DNA from: Octopus vulgaris
Taxonomy: Eukaryota
DNA length: 64,000 bases
Assembly (NCBI GenBank): GCA_951406725.2
Contig: OX597814.1
Span: 7,812,001 to 7,876,000, forward strand
Reading direction: 5' to 3'
This document shows positions 22,330-34,394 of this stretch, one piece after another. Each line of letters opens with the position of its first letter. The stretch's first letter is position 1. A program made the translations under genes and the position numbers. Under the pieces are notes generated by a model, which did no database searches, had not been told where the DNA came from, and saw nothing but the letters and a program-made list of their open reading frames with translations.

Positions 22330-25300
22330 CCCGCGCCGGTGGCACGTAAAAAGCACAATCCGAACGTGACCGATGCCAGCGGCAACTTCGCTAGCACGTA
22401 AAAAGCACAATCCGAACGTGACCGATGCCAGCGGCAACTTCGCTGGCACGTAAAAAGCACAATCCGAACGTGACCGATGCCAGCGGCAACTTCGCTGGCT
22501 TCCGCGACGGTGGCACGTAAAAACACAATCCGAACGTGACCGATGCCAGCGATAACTTCGCTGGCACGTAAAAAGCACAATCCGAACGTGACCGATGCCA
22601 GCGGCAACTTCGCTGGCTTCCGCGACGGTGGCACGTAAAAACACAATCCGAACGTGACCGATGCCAGCGGTAACTTCGCTGGCACGTAAAAAGCACAATC
22701 CGAACGTGACCGATGCCAGCGGCAACTTCGCTGGCTTCCGCGACGGTGGCACGTAAAAAGCACAATCCGAACGTGACCGATGCCAGCGGCAACTTCGCTG
22801 GCACGTAAAAAGCACAATCCGAACGTGACCGATGCCAGCGGCAACTTCGCTGGCTTCCGCACCGGTGGCACATAATAAGCACAATCCGAACGTGACCGAT
22901 GCCAGCGGCAACTTCGCTGGCTTCCGCGCCGGTGGCACGTAAAAAGCACAATCCGAACGTGACCGATGCCAGCGGTAGAGGTAGACCCCGGAAGACATGG
23001 GATGAGGTAGTCAAGCATGATCTTCGAACGTTGAGCCTCACAGAGGCAATGACGAAAGATCGAGACCTCTGGAGATAAGCTGTGACAGCGAAGACCCAAC
23101 AAATAAAGTGAGTTCACGGCTGTATCCTACACCAGCTTCACATAACCAACCCCAGCCCTTTCAGAGTACCTTGGATCATAGGGCGACCTGCTGTGCTTGA
23201 GGAAACCTATTGAGTCAAGTACATCACCATCAACATAAAAAAATTAAATGGAAATTGGTAGTTGTGATACCGCGCCGGTGGCACGTAAAAAGCACAATCC
23301 GAACGTGACCGATGCCAGCGGCAACTTCGCTGGGACGTAAAAAGCACAATCCGAACGTGACCGATGCCAGCGGCAACTTCGCTGGCTTCCGCGCCGGTGG
23401 CACGTAAAAAGCACAATCCGAACGTGACCGATGCCAGCGGCAAATTCGCTGGCTTCCGCGACGGTGGCACGTAAAAAGCACAATCCGAACGTGACCGATG
23501 CCAGCGGCAACTTCGCTGGCACGTAAAAAGCACAATCCGAACGTGACCGATGCCAGCGGCAACTTCGCTGGCTTCCGCACCGGTGGCACATAATAAGCAC
23601 AATCCGAACGTGACCGATGCCAGCGGCAACTTCGCTGGCTTCCGCGCCGGTGGCACGTAAAAAGCACAATCCGAACGTGACCGATGCCAGCGGTAGAGGT
23701 AGACCCCGGAAGACATGGGATGAGGTAGTCAAGCATGATCTTCGAACGTTGAGCCTCACAGAGGCAATGACGAAAGATCGAGACCTCTGGAGATAAGCTG
23801 TGACAGCGAAGACCCAACAAATAAAGTGAGTTCACGGCTGTATCCTACACCAGCTTCACATAACCAACCCCAGCCCTTTCAGAGTACCTTGGATCATAGG
23901 GCGACCTGCTGTGCTTGAGGAAACCTATTGAGTCAAGTACATCACCATCAACATAAAAAAATTAAATGGAAATTGGTAGTTGTGATACCCGCGCCGGTGG
24001 CACGTAAAAAGCACAATCCGAACGTGACCGATGCCAGCGGCAACTTCGCTGGGACGTAAAAAGCACAATCCGAACGTGACCGATGCCAGCGGCAACTTCG
24101 CTGGCTTCCGCGCCGGTGGCACGTAAAAAGCACAATCCGAACGTGACCGATGCCAGCGGCAAATTCGCTGGCTTCCGCGCCCGTGGCACGTAAAAAGCAC
24201 AATCCAAACGTGACCGATGCCAGCGGCAACTTCGCTGGCTTCCGCGTCGGTGGCACGTAAAAAGCACAATCCGAACGTGACCGATGCCAGCGGCAACTTC
24301 GCTGGCTTCCGCGACGGTGGCACGTAAAAACACAATCCGAACGTGACCGATGCCAGCGGTAACTTCGCTGGCACGTAAAAAGCACAATCCGAACGTGACC
24401 GATGCCAGCGGCAACTTCGCTGGCTTCCGCGACGGTGGCACGTAAAAAGCACAATCCGAACGTGACCGATGCCAGCGGCAACTTCGCTGGCTTCCGCACC
24501 GGTGGCACATAAAAATCACAATCCGAACGTGACCGATGCAAGCGGCAACTTCGCTGGCACGTAAAAAGCACAATCCGAACGTGACCGATGCCAGCGGCAA
24601 CTTCGCTGGCACGTAAAAAGCACAATCCGAACGTGACCGATGCCAGCGGCAACTTCGCTGGCACGTAAAAAGCACAATCCGAACGTGACCGATGCCAGCG
24701 GCAACTTCGCTGGCTTCCGCACCGGTGGCACATAAAAAGCACAATCCGAACGTGACCGATGCCAGCGGCAACTTCGCTGGCACGTAAAAAGCACAATCCG
24801 AACGTGACCGATAACAGCGGCAACTTCGCTGGCACGTAAAAAGCACAATCCGAACGTGACCGATGCCAGCGGCAAATTCGCTGGCACGTAAAAAGCACAA
24901 TCCGAACGTGACCGATGCCAGCGGCAACTTCGCTGGCACGTAAAAGGCACAATCCGAACGTGACCGATGCCAGCGGCAACTTCGCTGGCTTCCGCGACGG
25001 TGGCACGTAACAAGCACAATCCGAACGTGACCGATGCCAGCGGCAACTTCGCTGGCACGTAAAAAGCACAATCCGAACGAGACCGATGCCAGCGGCAACT
25101 TCGCTGGCTTCCGCGACGGTGGCACGTAAAAAGCACAATCCGAACGTGACCGATGCCAGCGGCAACTTCGCTGGCACGTAAAAAGCACAATCCGAACGTG
25201 ACCAATGCCAGCGGCAACTTCGCTGGCTTCCGCGCCGGTGGCACGTAAAAAGCACAATCCGAACGTGACCGATGCCAGCGGCAACTTCGCTGGCTTCCGC

Positions 25301-27390
25301 GCCGGTGGCACGTAAAAAGCACAATCCGAACGTGACCGATGCCAGCGACAACTTCGCTGGCTTCCGCGCCGGTGGCACGTAAAAAGCACAATCCGAACGT
25401 GACCGATGCCAGCGGCAACCTCGCTGGCTTCCGCGCCGGTGGCACGTAAAAAGCACAATCCGAACGTGACCGATGCCAGCGGCAACTTCGCTGGCTTCCG
25501 CGACGGTGGCACGTAAAAAGCACAATCCGAACGTGACCGATGCCAGCGGCAACTTCGCTGGCACGTAAAAAGCACAATCCGAACGTGACCGATGCCAGCG
25601 GCAACTTCGCTGGCTTCCGCGACGGTGGCACGTAAAAAGCACAATCCGAACGTGACCGATGCCAGCGACAACTTCGCTGGCTTCCGCGCCGGTGGCACGT
25701 AAAAAGCACAATCCGAACGTGACCGATGCCAGCGGCAACTTCGCTGGCTTCCGCGCCGGTGGCACGTAAAAAGCACAATCCGAACGTGACCGATGCCAGC
25801 GGCAACTTCGCTGGCTCCCGCGACGGTGGCACATAAAAAGCACAATCCGAACGTGACCTGGCACGTAAAAAGCACAATCCGAACGTGACCGATGCCAGCG
25901 GCAACTTCGCTGGCTTCCGCGCCGGTGGCACGTAAAAAGCACAATCCGAACGTGACCGATGCCAGCGGCAACTTCGCTGGCTTCCGCGCCGGTGGCACGT
26001 AAAAAGCACAATCCGAACGTGACCGATGCCAGCGGCAACTTCGCTGGCTTCCGCGTCGGTGGAACGTAAAAAGCACAATCCGAACGTGACCGATGCCAGC
26101 GGCAACTTCGCTGGCTTCCACGTCGGTGGAACGTAAAAAGCACAATCCGAACGTGACCGATGCCAGCGGCAACTTCGCTGGCTTCCGCGACGGTGGCACG
26201 TAAAAAGCACAATCCGAACGTGACCGATGCCAGCGACAACTTCGCTGGCTTCCGCGCCGGTGGCACGTAAAAAGCACAATCCGAACGTGACCGATGCCAG
26301 CGGCAACTTCGCTGGCTTCCGCGACGGTGGCACGTAAAAAGCACAATCCGAACGTGACCGATGCCAGCGGCAACTTCGCTGGCTTTCGCGCCGGTGGCAC
26401 GTAAAAAGCACAATCCGAACGTGACCGATGCCAGCGGCAACTTCGCTGGCTTCCGCGCCGGTGGCACGTAAAAAGAAGAATCCGAACGTGACCGATGCCA
26501 GCGGCAACTTCGCTGGCACGTAGAAAGCACAATCCGAACGTGACCGATGCCAGCGGCAACTTCGCTGGCACGTAAAAAGCACAATCCGAACGTGACCGAT
26601 GCCAGCGGCAACTTCGCTGGCTTCCGCGCCGGTGGCACGTAAAAAGCACAATCCGAACGTGACCGATGCCAGCGGCAACTTCGCTGGCACGTAAAAAGCA
26701 CAATCCGAACGTGACCGATGCCAGCGGCAACTTCGCTGGCTTCCGCGCCGGTGTCACGTAAAAAGCACAATCCGAACGTGACCGATGCCAGCGGCAACTT
26801 CGCTGGCACGTAAAAAGCACAATCCGAACGTGACCGATGCCAGCGGCAACTTCGCTGGCACGTAAAAAGCACAATCCGAACGTGACCGATGCCAGCGGCA
26901 ACTTCGCTGGCACGTAAAAAGCACAATCCGAACGTGACCGATGCCAGCGGCAACTTCGCTGGCTTCCGCGCCGGTGGCACGTAAAAAGCACAATCCAAAC
27001 GTAACCGATGCCAGCGGCAACTTCGCTGGCTTCCGCGCTGGTGGCACGTAAAAAGCACAATCCGAAACGTGAACCGATGCCAGCGGCAACTTCGCTGGCT
27101 TCCGCGCTGGTGGCACGTAAAAAGCACAATCCGAACGTGACCGATGCCAGCGGCAACTTCGCTGGCTTCCGCGTCGGTGGCACGTAAAAAGCACAATCCG
27201 AACGTGACCGATGCCAGCGGCAACTTCGCTGGCTTCCGCGCCGGTGGCACGTAAAAAGCACAATCCGAACGTGACCGATGCCAGCGGCAACTTCGCTGGC
27301 CGGTGGCACGTAAATAGCACAAACCGAACGTGACCGATGCCAGCGGCAAATTCGCTGGCTTCCGCGCCGGTGGCACGTAAAAAGCACTCA
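22330..27390. repeat. 52/67-bp two-state minisatellite arrays (22330-22973, 23270-23691, 23988-27390)
   Basis: Core GGCACGTAAAAAGCACAATCCGAACGTGACCGATGCCAGCGGCAACTTCGCT (52 bp), with or without a 15-bp GGCTTCCGCGCCGGT module. Confidence 0.97.
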
Positions 27391-27632
27391 CTGATCGTGG
27401 CCATTCCCAGCCTCCCCTGGTCCTGTGCGGGTGGCACGTAAAAAGCACCCACTACACCCACGGAGTGGTTGGCGTTAGGAAGAGCATCCAGCTGTAGAAA
27501 CACTGCCAGAACAGACTGGATTCTGGTGCAGCCTCATAGCTTCTGAGACTCCGATCGAATTGTCCACTCCATATTCGCTTGGAAAACGGACGTTAGTCAA
27601 TGATGAGGATGATGATGATGATGATATGTATA

Positions 27633-28249
27633 CTAGCTGATGTTCCCAGTAATTCTCGAGAAAGTGAGGCTTATCCCTTAGTTCCGTTCTCATAATTGTT
27701 TCGCTAATCCAATAACAACAATACAAGGTATGTAGCCCTTAAAAAGGACTTTTGTGCATTCCCATAAAATATTACCCTCAGGGGCGCTAGTGTTGCTATA
27801 TTTGTGAATAAGTCACTAACCGAAAAATGTGGATCTATTGTTTAGGAAAATACTATTTACTTGTTAAAGAGTTGTACGGGATAAATTGTGAAAATAACTC
27901 TAAAAGTTCTAATACTAAGAAATAAGCATACTCAATTACATTTTTACCAAATAATTTAGGAAAATGAATGGGTTTTTTCCTTTGGCTATATATAAGGATC
28001 TCTTCCAAGGGCGAATGGCTTATTTTCCTTGGTTTTTAAAATAAAATATATTAGATATATATATAAGGATCCCTTCCAGGGGCGCTATTATCGATTCTTT
28101 TTAACAATCTGAGTATGCCATGAGGCTTCCAGACATGACTTCTACTCGCGTGTGAAGTTTCATCAAAATCGATAAAACGATGTAGGAGGAGTTAGCCCAC
28201 AACTCCACAAACAAACCCCACAGACAGAATTCCCCACACATGTAGTAGA
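27633..28249 (-). mobile_element. Short non-autonomous Helitron
   Basis: Plus strand A|CTAG at 27632-27636 and ...GTAGTAGA|T at 28249-28250; degraded subterminal hairpin. Confidence 0.55.
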
Positions 28250-28258
28250 TTTATGTGT

Positions 28259-28310
<52 letters not shown>

Positions 28311-29154
28311 GTGAGGGAGACAAACAGATAGAGATATATTCTGTGGAATCTCTGCCCTCCTCTCTTTGATCCTTAGCTTTAACTAGAGAATCCTAAACCA
28401 CAACCCTTTACCTGATTGACTTTACTCATGCATTTATTCACTTTTTACTCTATATTTTCATTTAGTTTTTACCTGTGCTGTATCTTTGGTTCTCTCCCAG
28501 CAGCCAGCATTTCCAAGCCTGGTATAATAAAATGTACACTTTCATCACCTACACCTCAGAAAGAACCAGTCTTGCTGACTCCTGTTTTACCCCGGACACT
28601 GAACATAAATATCATATTACACCCTCTCACAAACTAAATTCTTAACCTAACCTCACCCTTAATGCCCACAACGGCCAATTTTGTTGGTCATTTTCCCATT
28701 TCATGGTAAGCCTCGACAGACTTCAACCACGTCCCTGCTGTATTCTTGGGATATTCTTTTGTTTTTGAAATTATGTTTCATCTGATGATTATGGCATTTT
28801 GGCAATGAAGTAATGTACTCAAGTTTCTATTAAGAAAATGCACAAGAACCAGCTGTAATGAGCTGACAATTAGTTATCGTCTGTTATTGTTCATTTGTTT
28901 ATAAGAGTTACGACTTGTCGGACACCGTAGAGTTTACCAACAGCATACCATCAACGTAATATGTGCTTTGGACCAGCCCCTAGGCACTAAATATACTCAT
29001 AGGGTCGGTTTTCTCTGTGTGCACAACTGAATATCATATTTGATACTTACCAACCATAGGCCTGAACCACAGGTTTATCAAATCCTACCAGGTGCATATC
29101 TTTCCAATGTCCTGATTATATCTGAATCCTTACGATTATGATAATAATATTATT

Positions 29155-29345
29155 ATTATCTCCACCTCAGTGAAGGCGGAGGTATTATTTTCAGTCACGC
29201 TTGTTTGTTTGTCTGGAACAAGATATCTCAAGAACCTCTGGATGGATTTGGATGAAACTTTCCGGGATGTTTGGCCTCTTGACTGGCAAAAACTGATTAG
29301 ATTTTGGGATCAATACGTTACCGGACAAAGATTCTGGATTATTTT
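29155..29345 (+). mobile_element. Helentron/HINE-like non-autonomous fragment
   Basis: 5' hairpin CTCCACCT...AGGCGGAG, GTTT/GTCT microsatellite, GGATTTGGATGAAACTT box. Confidence 0.45.
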
Positions 29346-29403
29346 ATAGATTTACTTTGCATGAAGTATTACGATCTTATGTTGACGGTAACCGTAATCC
29401 TCT

Positions 29404-29725
29404 GCCGGCTGCTTCCTTCCCTCTTTTCATATTAAGTACTGAGCATTTGGTAATCCCAAATTCCATACTAATGTCCCTACCTCACTTCTGTGACTGTTTT
29501 GGCTAAGGAATCTGTTTTTCAGATTCCCCAAACAATTTCAGATCATCAATAAACAGAAGATGGTTCAATGATGGGCCTTTCTCCCCACATTGGTAACCCA
29601 TCTTAATTTTCCAAAGTCTGATTGTTATGGGTATTATTGCAATTACAAAAAGTAATGGAGAAAATGAGTATCCTTGGAAGATTTCCCTTTTAATATTAGC
29701 TTCTCCAGGGAACACATCACTTGAG
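29404..29725 (-). pseudogene. R4/Dong-type RT fragment
   Basis: IFQGYSFSPLLF...NHLLFIDDLKLFG. Confidence 0.75.
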
Positions 29726-29727
29726 TA

Positions 29728-31555
29728 ATTATCATCATCATCATCATTTTGTAACTGTTCAACATTCGGTATAGTGAAGCCAATTTCTACTGCATCACCT
29801 TCGTGTTGCTGTGGGGTGTGAAGCATTGTGTGTTCTTTTCTGCTGTTGGGAGTGTGTGAACGCTTCCCAGTGCTGCGTTGTGTTAGCTTTCTTTTTTCCT
29901 GTTGCTGTCTTTTTCTGTTGCTGTCTTTTGTTGTGTTACTGCTTGTAATGTCTTTTGTTGTGTTACTGCTTGTAATGTGTGTTGAGTGTGTAACGCTTTG
30001 CTTTCCCAGCTTGCTGGTGGGAGCTTATTTCACTGGCTAAATGCAGTGTAGAGTGTATCTTGTACTTGTGGGTAGTTTTGTTTGGGTTGTATTATGGGAT
30101 TGATAGTGTCTTGCATTAGATGTGTGCTGTTCCTAGCAGGGCTATTTTTTGGACAGTGTGTAGTGTTGAGGATCCAGGTATAGCTTCTACATGTTTATTC
30201 TTATGATTTATAATCATTCCCAATGCTTCAATTATTATTGATATTGTTTTCACGTTCATGTCCCACTTTTGAGGTCTTTGTACTTTGGCAATTTCTCCAT
30301 TTCTTTTTTGACAATATTTTGATCAGAAGGGACTGCAATGTCTATCAGTAAGCAGGTGTGCTTTTATCCCCCCAATCCTTGACTATTATGTCTGGGTGAT
30401 TGGCTTTTATCTCTTTGTCGGTTTGAACCAACATACGTCAGATGATTGTGGCCTCGTCATTGTCTTGCATCTTGTTTGGCTCATGCTTATACCACCTGTT
30501 GTTAGTCTTGATGTTGGCATATTGTCCAGTGGATATAACTGCTTACGTTGTTGTGTCTGTACATATATTCAGATTTGCCACAAGGACTGGACAGCTAGAG
30601 ATGATGTAGTCAACTGTCTCATTGTGCTGGTCGCACATTCTGCATTTGGTGTTAGGGCCTATTTTCATTATTTTGTTTTTATAGTTGTTTGTGGTCAGGC
30701 ATTGGTCTTCTGCAGCAAGTATCAGTCCTTCCATTTCAGCTTTTAGTCCAGAGCTTTTGACTTTTACTTAGGCTCACTTCCTCTCTGTCAAACCTTACAG
30801 GGTATTAGCCATGAAGGGGTTTTTCTCTCCATTTCTTCTTCAGTATGTTTTGTAATTCAGTTTTTATGTTGTTTATTTCTTTTTGTCTCTCTTACCATTT
30901 CTGCTGTGTTGTTATTTGAAATCAGTGTAGTTTGTTTCTGTTTTCTATTTTCTCGCCTCCTTGTCTATAGAGAAAAGCATTTTCTTTTTCCCATGTTACT
31001 TTACTACAGCCAGTAGTCTTCCACTCTTTGTTTCCAAGTACTCTCCAGGCCCAACTGTTGTTATTTTATAATAATTCTCTATCAGTATTAGGCCACAGCC
31101 TCCTTCTGGGCGGGGTAGATATATTCTGTATGCGTCTGCTTTGTGGTGGTGACTTCGGTACGCTTTTAACAGTTTTATGGTTTTCTGTCTAGGTTTCTCA
31201 GTTCACTGACCTTGTAGCTTATTAAGTTAAAACTGTAATTCATGACTGGTATGGATAGTGTGTTTGTCCATATTATCTTATTGTTAGCATCAAGTTCAGT
31301 GTTCAATATTAGTCTAACTCTTCTGTAATACTCTCTCCTAATTTTCTCTTTCATTTCTGTGTGTTGTATTTTAGCTGTTCCGTTTATTCCGAGATATTTG
31401 TATGAGTGATGATGGTCTAATTCTCTGATTTCTGCGTCTGTCAAGCGCAGTGTTTTAGTGCTGATTAATTTGCCTCTTCTCGGTGTCACTTCGGCACATT
31501 TGTCCAGCCCCATGCTCATTCCGATGTCATTGTTGAAACTCTGAACAATTTTCAG
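29728..31555 (-). mobile_element. 5'-truncated R4/Dong-type (RLE) LINE
   Basis: GLDKCA, YKYLGI, EYYRRVRLILNTEL, EGLILAAEDQ, CRMC...ISSC; (GAT)n/AAT tail near 29730. Confidence 0.85.
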
Positions 31556-31671
31556 GTTTATATTTATATATAGAAGGTTGAAGGCTGAAAAGGGACACAC
31601 CAGTTGATGTGTATAAGGAAAATAAGACAAGGTAGAAAATGCTAAAATAATTATATAATGAAGAACATTTT

Positions 31672-31705
31672 AGTACCGGTTTCAGTCTTTGTGACTTTTT
31701 CAACT
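31672..31705 (-). ncRNA. Minimal hammerhead-like motif with variant core TTGAAAA
   Basis: AG-TTGAAAA-AGTC-ACAAA-GACT-GAAAC-CG-GTA-CT; palindromic ACCGGT stem III. Confidence 0.45.
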
Positions 31706-31934
31706 TGGAGTAAAGCATGAAAAGCAATTAAATTGTGGAAAATATCACAAAATATAAGCCTCTTTTGAATGCGTCCACCACAAATGACACTATTACAAGG
31801 GCCTTAGAATATTACCCACGCAAGTATTTAAAACGATATATTCAGAACAGTCACTATACTTTCATAAATTTCCTAGTGTAACAGGAGAGAATAACAGACG
31901 AGGGACTTGTGGGAAAATGCTATCTGCTACTAAT

Positions 31935-32146
31935 GTATATATGTACGTGTATGTGTATGTGTGTGTGAGTCTGTGTGTGTGTGTGTTTGTGCGTTTGTGT
32001 GTGTGTGTATGTTTGTGCGTGTGTGTGTGTTTGTGTGTGTGTGTGCGTTTGTGTGTGTGTGTGTTTGTGTGTGTTTGTGCGTTTGTGTGTGTGTGTGTGT
32101 TTGTGCATTTGTGTGTGTGTGTGTGTGTGAGTCTGTGTGTACACAC
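31935..32146. repeat. Imperfect (GT)n microsatellite
   Basis: About 210 bp of TG repeats with TTTG/GCG interruptions. Confidence 0.95.
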
Positions 32147-33812
32147 ATGCTGAATTTTTGTGGAAAAAACACGTCAACAAGTGTGTGTGCGTACACAAAC
32201 TGAAGAAAAAACATGCCAACTAGTGGCCACCATTGGAGAAAACCAGATAAAGTCTCTGGAGGTGTCAAAAATGAAATTGAAATCTTCTCTAACCTACATT
32301 CACCTTCCTTTCATATAAAAAAAAACTATTTCAGGTTTTTCTTCTTTTGAAAAGGTTTCTTTATGTCGTCTGTTGTAGATAATAATAAACTTTTATCACA
32401 AAATGTTCGTACAAGTAAATTGTGTTAAAGGAGGGCAGAGGGGGAAGTGTTTTTTTCTCGGAAAAACACTGATGTCATACAAAGTTGTTGTTAAACCAAT
32501 CAACACTTTAAAAACGATTAGATAAAGATTCAAGTTCACTTTTGCTCAGAGTTGTGACGAGGTAAGTTTTTTTTGTTTTACATCTTCCTAATTTAATTTC
32601 TTTAATCCCATCTCTCCATTGCTTTACAAATACTTTACAAAATCGATTTCAATACTTTTCCTTACATTATAACTACATGGATTTGTTTCCTCTCCGTTTT
32701 CAGAATGTGTGTGTGTGTGTAAGTATTTCCAAGTTTTGAAGGTATACGTGATGTGTGTCATTATGTATGTTTTCAAAGCCATCGATATTTTCCCCCATCA
32801 TTGGAACCTCTTGAAGCTATTTCTAGTAAATTTCATTCAAGAACATCAACTTTTCTGAAAGTTACGAACAAACAAAATCGATGGAGGGGGCACCTGTGTA
32901 AGGTATGCCATGTTTTCCTTGTCATAAAAGGAAGACCTGTAATAAAGTCACAAATAATTTGTCCCCCACCCTAGGACAAAACACCCTCGGACAATCGCCC
33001 CCACCTCTGGTCAAAACTCCCATAGTTTTCCTGTTAATTTTTGGTTACCTGGATTCCATAAAATTATGCTGAAAGTTTTTACGTACGTGAAGCTAGAAAT
33101 GGCAGCCAAATCTCCTCATATAGGCCACACCCTAGAAGAAGACAATTGTTTCATTATCAGGGATACTAACACGTCAGTTTTATGTTGATATTTAAGACGA
33201 TGGGGGTTGTCTGGCAAATGACCGCCGCCCCAGTAGAATGAAAATATAGTAAATGTGGGCTAGGATTGAAACAGGAGTTGTAGTGAGAAGCAACCGAAAA
33301 GGTATGTGGAAACTTGTTTGGATTTGGTTTGAGAGAATCTCTGAATAAACAGATTCTATTTTTCTTTCGGTTCTTTATTAATTGATGTAATACACCATAC
33401 ATACATACATACATACAGATAAAGTATACATTTCATACATATACACACACATATACAATACCTGTATACATTCATAAATGCGGGGTGGGAGGGACAGATT
33501 CAGAGTTGGAAATGCCGTGTAGTTTTTAGCGAAATCAGAATAATTTGTTATCATCGAAAACGTGGGAATTATTTATCCAAGATTTCCCAACAGGTTTTCT
33601 ATTAATTGAAGCCGCTTTAGTAAAAGGTTACTCTGTAATGTTTGTTGATCACGGAAATATATTTACACGTTACCTCACCTTTTTTACTGCGATTCATTTT
33701 TAGTCTTAATTTTATTGCTTTCATTTTGATTTCTTGGGTGCGGCGTTAAAAGGCCGTAACATGACACATGGGTTTTTGTTTACATGTTTTCTTTCTTTAT
33801 CGTTTTCTAACT

Positions 33813-34314
33813 GTAACCCTAAATCTAAAATAGATTGAAATGCAATAGATCGATACTAGGGTTATAATAATAGGTGACAATTTCATACGACACCGCTATA
33901 AAAAACTTAGCGGTGTCGTATGAAATTGTCACCTATTATTATAACCCTAGTATCGATCTATTGCATTTCAATCTATTTTAGATTTAGGGTTAGAGTTAGG
34001 GTTAGTTAGGGTTAGGGGTAGGGGAAGGGTATCTTTTTTCTTCACAAATGTAAATAAACCCAATCTGTTTCTTAAAGGAGGGACATATTCATTATGCACA
34101 GAATGTTATTTACGTCAATGGAGGTAATTGATTGGTTAAAATTGCCGAAATGCTCGAAATTAAAGATGAAATATGTTACAACATATAGAATTTTCTCAAT
34201 AAAGCCAAGTGAAAATGATGTTTTATAAACATATTCTACCAGTATACGAAGTTTAACATTTTTTTAGTTACCTAGAAATTATGTTACAAACTGCCGTTCA
34301 AAAGGAAAAGATCC
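33813..34314. mobile_element. Second copy of the GGATC-ended foldback MITE (central hairpin and right arm)
   Basis: Palindrome centred near 33903 (GACACCGCTA...TAGCGGTGTC), TTAGGG repeats, end AAAAGGAAAAGATCC. Confidence 0.85.
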
Positions 34315-34394
34315 CTTTCATCTTCTTTTCCTCCTCCTTCTCATCTCCATATACCTTCTTCTTCTTCTTCTTCCCCCTCCTTCTTCTAATTATT

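Larger units (their letters stand above)
21178..27625 (+). mobile_element. 5'-truncated RTE LINE with triplicated ORF end and expanded 3' UTR
   Basis: PWELSYADDL, PHD-like finger, LEVVDSFCYLG, MLHGCETW; 3' end GGAAAACGGACGTT...(GAT)n at 27581-27625. Confidence 0.9.

Noticed and set aside
22330-27390. CRISPR-like array
   Set aside because: No unique spacers (only a 15-bp optional module), no cas genes, and it lies in a eukaryotic LINE 3' UTR.
23948-27448. 1166-, 1141- and 724-aa minus-strand ORFs
   Set aside because: They are translations of a stop-free minisatellite in all three frames, with no domain content.
31862-32268. His/Thr- and Cys/Val-rich ORFs (also IY-rich ORFs at 611, 8014, 19997, 37517)
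   Set aside because: Microsatellite translations.
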